A stretch of 39,832 bases of DNA, from the NCBI RefSeq assembly GCF_001194135.2, contig NC_068981.1, forward strand, positions 123,051,905 through 123,091,736. Reading direction: 5' to 3'. Origin of the DNA: Octopus bimaculoides. Lineage: Eukaryota. Positions 11,515 through 22,739 of the stretch are shown one piece after another. The notes under the pieces are model-generated. The model had not been told where the DNA came from. It saw nothing but the letters and a program-made list of their open reading frames with translations, and searched no databases. Position 1 is the stretch's first letter. Each line of letters begins with the position of its first letter. The translations under genes were made by a program, and so were the position numbers.

Positions 11515-12351
11515 AGCTGCACAGCGCAGGCAGTGTCAAGGCGATTGGCACCAAGAGCACTGGGAGATGCACATAGTCTTCTGCTAGTCGTAAAGGTCGT
11601 CCCAACGCCTTCTTGTGACAGAGAAGGGAAGGAAATTTCCTACGGTTAGTATCTACATTGAAGCTGAGTTAACGCGATTGACAGCAATGGGGGGTACACA
11701 TTTACTATTCGTCCAAGTTCTCATCAACTTCTTTGAAGTTCCACTTGGTAAAGAAAGCAATGAGGAGAGGGCGATGCTGCCTTTCTGTTACTTAATAAAA
11801 CTCTTCAGAAGGTAGAGTAAATGGACCAATTCTAAGCGTGCTTCTGAAATTTACAGAGAACAGCAGTTTCGTTCTGGTTCTGTAGGATTTCTTCGTCACC
11901 CCTAGCGGCGTTTCAGTCCTTTCGGCGCATTTTATTGCTATAATTCTCACGTGAATTGTTACTGAATTTCATTGTTTAGAGGTGTCTATGTAAATCCTCA
12001 AAATCCTTTGTCTTTTTATTGTCCTAAAAATTGGTGTTTTAGTATGATATATATATATATTCATAAATTCTGGAGTGTTGGTCATGTATTTCCATGTTCT
12101 CTTTACAACGTACTTAAAGTACATATTTTTTGTCTTCAGGTTTCACATTTGGGTTATCTCTATTTTCAGATATTTGTATACGAAGAGTTTATTTAGTTAC
12201 TCGAAATATACATGTCATCTGTTGGGACTGACATGTCGATTAGATTGGATTTATTTTATTCAGGCATCCTTGACAACAAAATCTGGCCGATTAGTTTTAA
12301 TAATAGAGAATAATGATGATTATATGGCATTTCTTTACTTGATGGACCTTA

Positions 12352-12909
12352 GTGATGGGTAAGAGCTATGACATCCTTTGGGAAACTATGGGCATCGAAA
12401 AGGATGACGTAGCTGGTCTATTTCGAAGGACTTTCGGGCCTAGAACTATCTCGGATAACATCAAAATATACTGGTCGGGCAATGTTTCCAAGGACCACTG
12501 CTGGTTCGGGATAAACTCTACATCACGGATACACCATGAGGTGGGCCTGAGATATGCGCAGGCTGACGATACGGTACTGCATACACACGTTCGGGGGCTA
12601 AGAATAGCTAATTTGTGGGGTTGTATCGAAAAGATGTTATCATTTAAAGGACGAATCCGACAATTAGCCGAATCCATTGTGAGAATCGCTCTACCAACCA
12701 CCTTTAATACTGCAGGAAAAGCAGGGTTTCCTTGTCTTGTAATTATGGCTAAAGAGGTTGTTTTGTGATATAGGCTGATTTTTTTCATAGTTCTATTTGG
12801 AAGGGTGAGTAAGAGGGAGATGCTTTTCCCTAGTGAATTCGACAAAAAGTTGGGTGACTGTGGCAAAAATGGTGAAGGTGATTGGACCAACATTAGCATG
12901 TCGAAGTAA
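12352..12909 (+). other. Unexplained coding-like segment (138-codon ORF, continuing past one TGA to 12909)
   Basis: Non-repetitive, visibly more GC-rich than its flanks, protein-like translation, with an overlapping 188-codon antisense ORF. Identity not recognised. Confidence 0.35.
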
Positions 12910-13212
12910 ATTGGAAAATAAAAGTTGAGCAACAGCTCATGCTTTTGGTAGTCAGTGTAATCCTAGACGTATGGGGTTTCTTCATTGACCTTAGCTGTCC
13001 CTTCATTAGCCCCAGTTTAAACAGGAAGATTGCACCATTCATGTTATCACATATATTGTATATTATGCATACTTTTACATTACACTGGCTTTTCCAATTC
13101 TATCCTATCAACTTTCCTGTAAACTCTCATACAAATTCTAAAATGTCTGTATGATCTACCTCTAATCTATACCACCGAGGTTAATAAAACAAATCAGAGT
13201 TATTATTATCGA

Positions 13213-13281
<69 letters not shown>

Positions 13282-13296
13282 TATTATTATTATTAT

Positions 13297-13524
13297 GGCG
13301 GTGCGCTAACAAAATTAGCAGGCCGGATAAAATGCTTAGCGGCATTCCTCCTTTCTCTACGTTTCGAGTTCAAATGCCAGTGAGGTCGACTTCGCCTTTC
13401 AATCTTTTGCAGTCGATAAAATACGCCCACCAGTTGTGCACTGGGGTCGGTGTAATCGATGTAAACCTCCCCCGGTGTAAACCTCCCCCGAATTTTGCAG
13501 ACCGTGTCCCAAAATTTTAAACCA
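13297..13524 (+). mobile_element. Near full-length SINE flanked by (ATT)n on both sides
   Basis: GGCGGTGCGCTAACAAAATTAGCA...GAGTTCAAATGCC...GGTCGACTTCGCCTTTCAATC...GTCGATAAAATA...CACTGGGGTCGGTGTAATCGA. Carries an internal tandem duplication of TGTAAACCTCCCCCG at ~13460-13490. Confidence 0.85.
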
Positions 13525-13525
13525 C

Positions 13526-13587
<62 letters not shown>

Positions 13588-13619
13588 TAAAAATGGTAAC
13601 TGCCAAAAACAATAGTACA

Positions 13620-14530
13620 TCGGAAAAGTAGCTTTTAGGAATTTGCTCCGACACTTTCTTTGCCCTTCTTCAAATCCCGTGGTTGTCAACATTATTTTTC
13701 GTTCACTTTATAATCGTTACAACAAAGTAACAACCAATAACTGAAGTTTCTTGAAAACTAGTGGCCTTGTCCCTATATTAGAAACAAATTATTCGGCGTG
13801 AAGTATTAGCCATATTGCTTAAGCGACGGAATAATTTGCAGTAATTTTTATAGCACTTAAAATTCTAAGTTCAAACCCCATTAAGGACAACTTTAACTCT
13901 TGTCCCTCAGGGACTGATAATGTATAGTAAAGCTCAATTACTGGCGTCGGTGGTAACGGTTAACATCCACCTACGCAGTTATTGCATACGCATTATACCT
14001 TTATAAGACAAAGATTTGTCAGCATTAGGAAAAAAATTCGTGCAGTATTGTGTTCCTAGTTTTTACATTCTTAATTCGAATTCCGCTGAGTCAACTTTAT
14101 TTTTTATATTTCTGGGAATTGTAAAGTATTAAGAAATAAATGTCTCTGCTTGAAAGAAATACAAGTGCGAAATAGTTGTCATATAATCACACCAATGTGC
14201 TAATTATCAATTTATCATTTTATTTTTGTTTTCAGTTCAAAATCTTAGTTCCGACTTCCTCTATGAATTTTTAAAATTTTGCTAAAATAACCTGCCTTTG
14301 TATGCTTAGAATGGCTGTAACGGCCAGATCCACCCTTTACAAATATATGCCATTACCACAATCCACAAGATAATATAAGGGATCATTATTTCCTAATAAA
14401 AATTAAATGTATTTTCGGACGAGTGACAGCTGATATCACCTACGTTATCTAATTTCCTGTTTTAAAAATATCCAAATGTGCCAAGGTCGACTTTACAATT
14501 TTGACCCATTGGTCTGAATAAAATATGAAC
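13620..14530 (+). mobile_element. Cluster of about four older SINE fragments (~13620-13790, 13795-13920, 14005-14135, 14415-14530)
   Basis: Each retains a TTCAAA/TTCGAATTCC B-box-like motif followed by a G(G/A)(T/A)CAAC/GGTCGACTTT-like block. Boundaries are approximate. Confidence 0.5.
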
Positions 14531-15363
14531 GAAACCCAACAATGAAGAGTCGCTATGCGTCTTCTTAACTTCATATAGAGAGCAGCCAGATTTTCCTCAA
14601 ATCGCACTCGCAGAATACGTTAACAACGTTTCTAATATACAAAACGTAACACACGATCACAGCAGCAATTCATTTAATCATCGACTTGCTAAATTGTGGC
14701 TGGTTCGTGGTGAAACAGCAACCATAAATACGACTACGCCCTTTCACCATAAAGGTTGTGCCTTCTTATATAGTTAGAAGACAGTTTATGAAGAAAGGGT
14801 GCATAAAAAAGACAATAATAATGGAGCGTGAATATATACCTCTAAATTACTTCGTTGCCGAACCACAGTATGTTTCATTTCAAATGAAGCCTGGTGAGAT
14901 TGTTGGTTACAGCTTTCTGTGATTGGCAGTATACATATACTTCGATTGGCTATAGGCCTTCTCTGCAATTGTTTATCATATGACAATATATTAAACTATT
15001 ATTAATATTTCTCGACCAGTTAAGTATTTAAGCCACTTTCCTCAGCAGGCAGCAAATAATTTCTTTTACATATGTCACTTATAAACATGATAAATACATC
15101 ATGTATTTGCCACCAGCTCCCACTTATCTATCTTAGAAATGACTAACGCTGAACACTGACACATGTAAGTAATAACATAAAGATCAATGAATGAGTATTA
15201 AATAAATTCAATAGCTTCAAAAATAATGTTCTAACATGTTCTTTGACTTAAACTGCGACCACGCTAAAGCACTATCGTCAAACATCTTAGTCCGTCATAG
15301 TGTGACCACAGTTCTTATTTCAGTTTAGCACTGATTTTATCCATCCTTATTCATGGGACAGTT

Positions 15364-15519
15364 AAAGGCAGATGGCTAGCAAAATTGTAGGAAATGTTTC
15401 ACGGCATTTCATCCGTTTTTACATTTAAATTCCGTTTTATTTTTTGGAGCCCTGAGGTCGATGTCATCAACTAACTCCCTTGCCATAAAATTTCCGGCCT
15501 TATGCCTATAGTAGAAAGG
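15364..15519 (+). mobile_element. Internally deleted SINE
   Basis: AAAGGCAGATGGCTAGC...AAATGTTTCACGGCATTTCATCCG...GGTCGATGTCATCAACT...GGCCTTATGCCTATAGTAGAAAGG. Confidence 0.65.
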
Positions 15520-15859
15520 TTTTATAAAACAATTAAATTAGATAACGCAAATGAGCACCATACCGACGAAGACAATTACGGACAACAACACAGAAATATT
15601 TTTTACTATGCCACTTAATATTCATACTTATGCCTAAAAGATAAAATACTTAATCCATCCCAAAAGTATTTCAACTCTATTTGACGGATGTATAAAGAAA
15701 TTTTTTTAACTCATGACCTAACCGGATTGCGCTTTCGGCAAATTTACAGCACCAGATAACGTAGCCGAAAAACTACATATATTCTCAAATAGTTGGCCAT
15801 GAAATTTACATGAAATTTGTCAAAAATGTCGATTAATATGGATTGTAGATTGGAAGATT

Positions 15860-15985
15860 TTTTCCAGCATAAGACAATGCGTTATGATATTTGATTACGC
15901 GCCTTTATATTATGACTCTAAATCCCGCGAAGGTCAACTTTTCGCTTTGCTCTTTGGGTGGTCGATAAACTATATGGAAGTCAAT
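15860..15985 (+). mobile_element. Decayed SINE
   Basis: CTAAATCCCGCGAAGGTCAACTTTTCGC...GGTCGATAAACTA matches the family core. Confidence 0.55.
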
Positions 15986-18232
15986 TTCATTCCACTTTGC
16001 CCAACCCCAAAACCATAGTATCTTTTGGGAGAACAAGAAATTAATTTGCAGACTGTAGATCTGTCTTAAATACCTCGAAGACCTTTACTCTACTATAAAT
16101 GCCCAATGGCCAGGTGGTGTATGTTAAACATAACGACATTTTAAATCCACCACCCAAGAAGAACCTTTCCTACAATGGAATTTCATACCCTGTTAAATTT
16201 TACTTGTATGACATTTGTCAGTCCAAGATTATCACATCTATCATGTTTACGTACCTTATAACAAAGATTAAATGAGCTTTAAAGACTGCCTGTAAGTTTG
16301 TGACTTTTAAACAAATATATAGAAATTTACAGTATGTATCGTGAATGTTTCTGTTGATGCTTATGATGAACCAGAGGAAAAGTTGTATGACCTTCATAAT
16401 TCCCAATTGCTTCTCGCATGAGAACAATAAAATGAATAAATTCCTTTTTCATATGACTAATTCGACACGTAGGTTTATACATAAAATTATGACCCTTGAA
16501 ATATAATAATTTATTTTATCGAGTTTAGTCTTCGTTCATTTACATGTTTTGACTTTTTTTCAAAAAGATCATTTGTAATCTTCTTTATCTTCGAGATGTC
16601 ACTAAATAATTAACGATTCAAGGGACAAGTCTATCATTGATGCGTATACAAACGCTTTCTGAAATGCTTTAAAAATAAGGAGACTTAAATCATATGAACT
16701 TAATTTCTAAAGAGGTTTACCGCTGCTGCAAAACATCATCCACCGAAAATGTAAATATGTTATTCTTAAGTTGAAAAATATTCAAAACTCATATATGTAA
16801 GATATGGAAATTGAAAGAAATACATGTCCAGGAACTCATTAAGATATGCAAGTAATAGTTAAGGGTTGAAGTCTCCGCAGGTAAAAAGATGTATCCCTAC
16901 GAAAAATAGGGAAGCCATCACGGCAAATCAGAAGAATTTATTAATTTTGTCATAATGTTCACCATTTGAGAATTTATTATCTGCAATTTCTGATCAGCAA
17001 TGGCCGAGACTTGCGAAACGGTTATATTACATTTCTTGTCACTAAAATTAAACTAAATACCAATCTAGGTAACTATAATTTTCCATCATTGAGATAACAA
17101 TGATTGAGAAGATTAATAAACGTACAATGTTCTTCTTTATTTCTGAAGTCAAGAGATGACGGTGACCAAGATCAAGCAACTACCTTAACCACCTCAGCTG
17201 ATGGCTGTGAATTTTATATGTTGGAAAATAAGCAAAGTTTATAACCTTTTTCTACATTATATACATGACACGAAATGTTACAAATAAATAGATAGGAGCT
17301 AGGAAATTTATTTCAAAAACTGATAGAAAAGGACAACGATGATGACGATTAGAAGTGATGATGATGGGGTGAAAAATTAGATGATGATGATACTTATGGT
17401 CACGCTGTTATGACGTCATACACGATTGTAAAGACGATTTTATTACGAAGTTAGCTAATTCACACACACACATATACATATATAAATATATTCATAATTA
17501 TATATACATATATTTATACATATATATATATATATATATATACATATATATGCAGAGAAAGAAAGAGGGAGAGAGGGAAATGAGTAGTTGTAGAAACTTA
17601 TGCGTTTATGTTGGATTGTAAGTATATTTGCAAGTGTATGTTTGCATGTATATGGTAAAATGTATTGTAAGGCGCGTGACTTGCTACTCGTGAAAATTTA
17701 TTTTTACTTGCGATTTTCATTACATTTTCAGTTTCAATCACTAAGTGGGGCTTAAATCTAATCACAAAGCTAGATACAGAACACGGAAGAATTTTGTTTT
17801 TCTATAAACTGAATGATAAAGAGAATATTTATGTTTCAGAGCGTACCGAACCTAATGAGACATCAATAGGTGAAAACCATGAGAGTTTGACTATTTACAC
17901 AGGTGTATATTAAATTTAAAGTTAAACTTTTTAATATTTTTTTCGGTACGCGGATGAAAATATATATTTATCTCTAATGAACTAATCTATTACATCTTCA
18001 TTCGGGAGCGAATCATATTTTAAGGTGTATATGCCAGATACACACATATAGTGAAAACTAACCACTTGTAAAACAGATACATACATAGATAAACGAGTAT
18101 ATATATATATATATATATACATACACACACACATACACAGGCAGAATGACAGAGATAGAGATAGATAAATAACCAGGCAGGTAGAGAGATAGATAGATAG
18201 CAAAAATGCTTTTAATTTACGCTTGAACTCAC

Positions 18233-18280
18233 GTTTTGCTGACTCAAAGATTAAGAGATCTCGGTAACTATATTTTACAG
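18233..18280 (-). CDS. 48-nt phase 1/1 coding exon, (A)VKYSYRDLLIFESAK, of the candidate DH-like gene
   Basis: Strong acceptor CTTTTCTTTATCCAG| and donor AAAC|GTGAGT. Only one frame is open, and it matches the phase delivered by the microexon. Confidence 0.55.
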
Positions 18281-18560
18281 CTGGATAAAGAAAAGCTTTC
18301 AGCAAAACCCGGTGCTAGTATTTCAGTTCACTCAAGTGTTATACGTTGAAAATTTAATCAGCTTTTATAGAGATGTTCTCAGGTTTTTTTTCTTTTTGTT
18401 TCGTTAAGAAGACCATTTTTGTAAGAATGAATATGTGTGCATGAATGCATGTGTCTGTATGTGCGTTGAACTTGTAAAGCTTGTGCTATAAAAAAATACC
18501 CGAATAATCAATGTTGCAATGAAATAGGATTAAGTGCACGTGTGCCCGTATGTGTGTATG

Positions 18561-18615
<55 letters not shown>

Positions 18616-19437
18616 NNNNNNNNNNNNNNNNNNNNNNNNNNNNNNNNNNNNNNNNNNNNNNNNNNNNNNNNNNNNNNNNNNNNNNNNNNNNNNNNNNNNN
18701 NNNNNNNNNNNNNNNNNNNNNNNNNNNNNNNNNNNNNNNNNNNNNNNNNNNNNNNNNNNNNNNNNNNNNNNNNNNNNNNNNNNNNNNNNNNNNNNNNNNN
18801 NNNNNNNNNNNNNNNNNNNNNNNNNNNNNNNNNNNNNNNNNNNNNNNNNNNNNNNNNNNNNNNNNNNNNNNNNNNNNNNNNNNNNNNNNNNNNNNNNNNN
18901 NNNNNNNNNNNNNNNNNNNNNNNNNNNNNNNNNNNNNNNNNNNNNNNNNNNNNNNNNNNNNNNNNNNNNNNNNNNNNNNNNNNNNNNNNNNNNNNNNNNN
19001 NNNNNNNNNNNNNNNNNNNNNNNNNNNNNNNNNNNNNNNNNNNNNNNNNNNNNNNNNNNNNNNNNNNNNNNNNNNNNNNNNNNNNNNNNNNNNNNNNNNN
19101 NNNNNNNNNNNNNNNNNNNNNNNNNNNNNNNNNNNNNNNNNNNNNNNNNNNNNNNNNNNNNNNNNNNNNNNNNNNNNNNNNNNNNNNNNNNNNNNNNNNN
19201 NNNNNNNNNNNNNNNNNNNNNNNNNNNNNNNNNNNNNNNNNNNNNNNNNNNNNNNNNNNNNNNNNNNNNNNNNNNNNNNNNNNNNNNNNNNNNNNNNNNN
19301 NNNNNNNNNNNNNNNNNNNNNNNNNNNNNNNNNNNNNNNNNNNNNNNNNNNNNNNNNNNNNNNNNNNNNNNNNNNNNNNNNNNNNNNNNNNNNNNNNNNN
19401 NNNNNNNNNNNNNNNNNNNNNNNNNNNNNNNNNNNNN

Positions 19438-19477
<40 letters not shown>

Positions 19478-19500
19478 TATATAGAAGGTATTGATTTTAC

Positions 19501-19510
19501 CCATCAATAC
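19501..19510 (-). CDS. 10-nt microexon GTATTGATGG (VLM plus first base of Ala)
   Basis: Acceptor ATATTTTACCTCAG| and donor TGG|GTAAAA. It converts phase 0 to phase 1 and gives the Y-x3-L-x2-V-x3-Y-x3-L spacing of a DH first helix. Confidence 0.45.
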
Positions 19511-19842
19511 CTGAGGTAAAATATTTCGCTGTCTATCAGTATATCTAGTCAGTGGTGAGGTGGCAGGTAAGGTAACAGGTAGGCAGCCAGGTAGCTAGGG
19601 AGGTAAACAGGTATGGAGGTAAATCAATCGATAATAGTTACATAGACATATACACATCTTTCTAGCTTGTTATTTACCTATCACTCTGTAAGCAATCGCG
19701 TGTGTGTGTGTGTGTGTGTGTGTGCGTGTATGTATTAAGTACGTATATATATTTATATAGATGCATGTTTATATGGATGTGTATGTATTATATATAGAGA
19801 CTGCCCTGGAAGGTAGAAATACACATACACACACATATATAC

Positions 19843-19900
<58 letters not shown>

Positions 19901-20634
19901 GCACGCACGCGCACACACACACACACACTCAGATATATATTATAGATAGATAAGATCGATAGATAAATTGGATTACTCAGGTAGGAATTGAAAGATTTTG
20001 AATGCCTGCAACCAATTAGTAAATAGATTGAGATAGAACGATTGGTAAACTAAATGTTTATGATATTATTAATTTGAATGAAAGAAGAGAGTAAAATAAG
20101 TCCGATTACAGAGTGAGTGAAGGACAACGGAAAGCTAGAAGCTCATGAAAGAGACTCTAAAAGATTGAAAGGGAGGTTCGGAAGAAGAGGGATAGAAAGA
20201 GTGAGAAAAAGAGAAAGTAAACTAAGAAGCGGAGGGTAGATACGATGAGAAAGAAAAGGAGACTCTGCTTTCGTAGATTTATCAAGGTGAGAGAAAAAGA
20301 TTAAAAAGGGCAAGAGGAAAAATGGAAAGTAAAAATGCACGTTCGTGCAGGCGCGCATGTGTCTGTACGTTTGGATGTATGTGTGTGTTTAAGTATACAT
20401 CTAAGCGTGTATTCGTGTATCTATACATGTGTGTTCATGGTCTAATGTGTATTTATGTGTGATTAAGTGGATAATAAAGATCAATGTTCAATATATATTT
20501 TTCTACATTTCGAGTAAAATAATATTTTTCTAATGTTGGTTTTGTATTTAGTTCTGTTAAGAATATACTCTATATAGTGCAGGAAATGGTAAATGTGATT
20601 TTGTGATTTTCATGTATTTTCGTAATGCATTCAC

Positions 20635-20700
20635 CTTGAAATAGTGCGTTTCAACTTCGATCAAAAGCGAAACAGTGTCGCGAAACCGATCGGCAGGCAT
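20635..20700 (-). CDS. First coding exon MPADRFRDTVSLLIEVETHYFK of a candidate divergent DH (RhoGEF-like) protein
   Basis: AAAATG start context, in-frame stop 15 nt upstream, and donor AAG|GTGAAT. Likely exon acceptor TTTTCTTTTATGTACATTATAG| at 20860 (alternatives near 20834 and 20959). The L-I-E-x-E-x-x-Y pattern resembles DH ELxxTExxY. Confidence 0.5.
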
Positions 20701-21964
20701 TTTACCCGTTTCTTTTTACTTTTCTTATTATTTTTTCCTCTTTTTACCGAATTGTTAGTGTGTAAGTTTGCAAACATACGTTCTTTTATTAAAACAGTTA
20801 AGCAACTCTCATTCACAAGTTGTTCTTCACACTCTTAAAAAAAGAAATCTTGTTTAAACCTATAATGTACATAAAAGAAAATAAAACTTTATAGATATCA
20901 ACAGTAATTATTGCCAAATAATATTACATCAAATTCAAACACGAAATCTTCGGTGAAACTAAAACAAAGCAAAAATTAAAGAATAAACTTTATTCAAATA
21001 ATTTCTAATGAGTTTATTTAATATTTTTCAAAATATTCTTTTCTTTTCCAATCCAAAAATTGTAGAATAAAAAAAATATGTAAAATTTGACAAATGTGTA
21101 AGAACTACATTAGCAATATTAACAAGAACAACAAATAACAGTAAAACAATAGTAACAGTTATAATATCGACAATAGTTTTTAAAAAAAGCGTATATCTTA
21201 ACGAATTTAACAACAGAACAATTGCAAACACAAGTCACACAATTTAGGATTCACAAACACATTACAAAATTTCCAGTTGCAACAACAACGATATAAATGT
21301 GGAAAATAACACGAATATTTCAAAGACTTCCACAACTGTACAATGATCTTAATAAAACTTAGAACAGCTATCATATTTTTCTGCACATAATGAAGTACAA
21401 TAAAGTAAGATTTAACGAAGAAAGCAACGCAACTATAAATTCTAGAAAAAAAAAGTAATTATTCAAACAAAATACTGTAAATATGTTCAAAACAGTAACA
21501 ACGATGCCTTTAACTATTAAAACAAAGGTAAAACCAAAAGCTGAATGACACATATAATAACATCGACAACAAGAATTACTTTCACAACTGTTGCTGCACT
21601 GCAGAATCAGAAAACATAAGTTTTACAAGTAACTGGCTGATACTGTGTAATCAAGAACAACAATGTAACTTTTCTATCTGTAGTTCTTTACTAATCGTTT
21701 ATTCAGGCGCAAAGTCCAAACAACTTTCGGAAATTCCGAAAATGGTTCCATGTAAATATATTATATAAATTATTAGGAATTTAGTAATTTGTCGATTAAA
21801 TAAATAGTTCTGTATATTGTCCATTTGTGTTCTATGACTTAATTATCTATACGTAGTTAAACACACCTGGTGCCGGAATCACATCTTACAATAAAGACTG
21901 CATATTAGTTTTACTTTCACTTTCGATAAACGAACACGATGTGCGCGTGTATATATATAATATA

Positions 21965-22054
<90 letters not shown>

Positions 22055-22111
22055 TAAACGATAGTGATGTATTCTCCATAAGTGTCTTGCAACTACTCAA
22101 TAATAACCTAC

Positions 22112-22212
22112 CTTTATAATGAGGATCAAATCCCAATGATCTGCTTTCTTAGAAGTGTCTGTTATCTTCGGCTTGAAAACGAACTGTCTGGAATTCCACA
22201 ACGTCTTTGACT
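22112..22212 (-). other. Putative non-coding first exon (5' UTR)
   Basis: Starts at the Inr-like CCAGTC, contains no ATG, and ends at donor AAG|GTAGGT. Confidence 0.4.
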
Positions 22213-22270
22213 GGGCAACACTGCTGATCGACTACTTTATACTTTTTCTGGCAAAGCTACGGGGGCGTCA
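22209..22270 (-). promoter_or_regulatory. Putative core promoter: TATAAAG at -29, Inr CCA(+1)GTC at 22212, upstream TGACG half-site and GC box
   Basis: TATAAAG occupies 22241-22235 on the minus strand, 29 nt upstream of the A at 22212. TGACGCCCCC lies at 22270-22261. Confidence 0.4.
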
Positions 22271-22739
22271 GCTTACTATGCACGACGATTAGCTTTTCTG
22301 ATGGTTGGTGACAAGTTCCTGTTCCTACTTGTTCGCTCTCTTGGTTTGTTGTTTCACCGACAACTGGGTCCGTTTTACGATCAAGCTTTCTTTCACCTAA
22401 CAATTGCACAAATTCGTTTGTTTCTCTTACTCGGCTTACTTTATCTGTCCGCTTGTTAATACCGTCTCTCTTTCTCTCTTTCTGTTATTCGTTGATTTAG
22501 TAAGTCGACTGCCTCTGTGTCAGTCTGTCATTCAAATTAATAGATAGTCTATTTGTCAGTGAGTCAATCATTATAATCATAAAATTATCGATCAATTAAT
22601 CAATTTTAAAAAAAAACTTTTAAGTTATACCTTCTAGTAATTATTATTATTTTCGGTGATTATTGTCAAAACATAATTTATCACTGCTATTATTCTTGTT
22701 TTAATTGTATTTTTCACTTTATTTATCATCTCTATCTTG

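Noticed and set aside
11514-11850. Possible LINE APE endonuclease remnant (GGYTF...GDAAFLLLNK)
   Set aside because: Only two short motifs amid many stops; too weak to call.
17839-17902. Plus-strand 63-nt exon candidate (RTEPNETSIGENHESLTIYT)
   Set aside because: Good acceptor but weak donor (GTGTAT). There are no partner exons or recognisable domain, and it lies opposite the better-supported minus-strand model.
18233-18314. Alternative death-effector-domain reading using the 18314 acceptor without the microexon
   Set aside because: That acceptor lacks a pyrimidine tract, and the resemblance to FADD was loose. The DH spacing with the microexon fits better, but this reading is not excluded.
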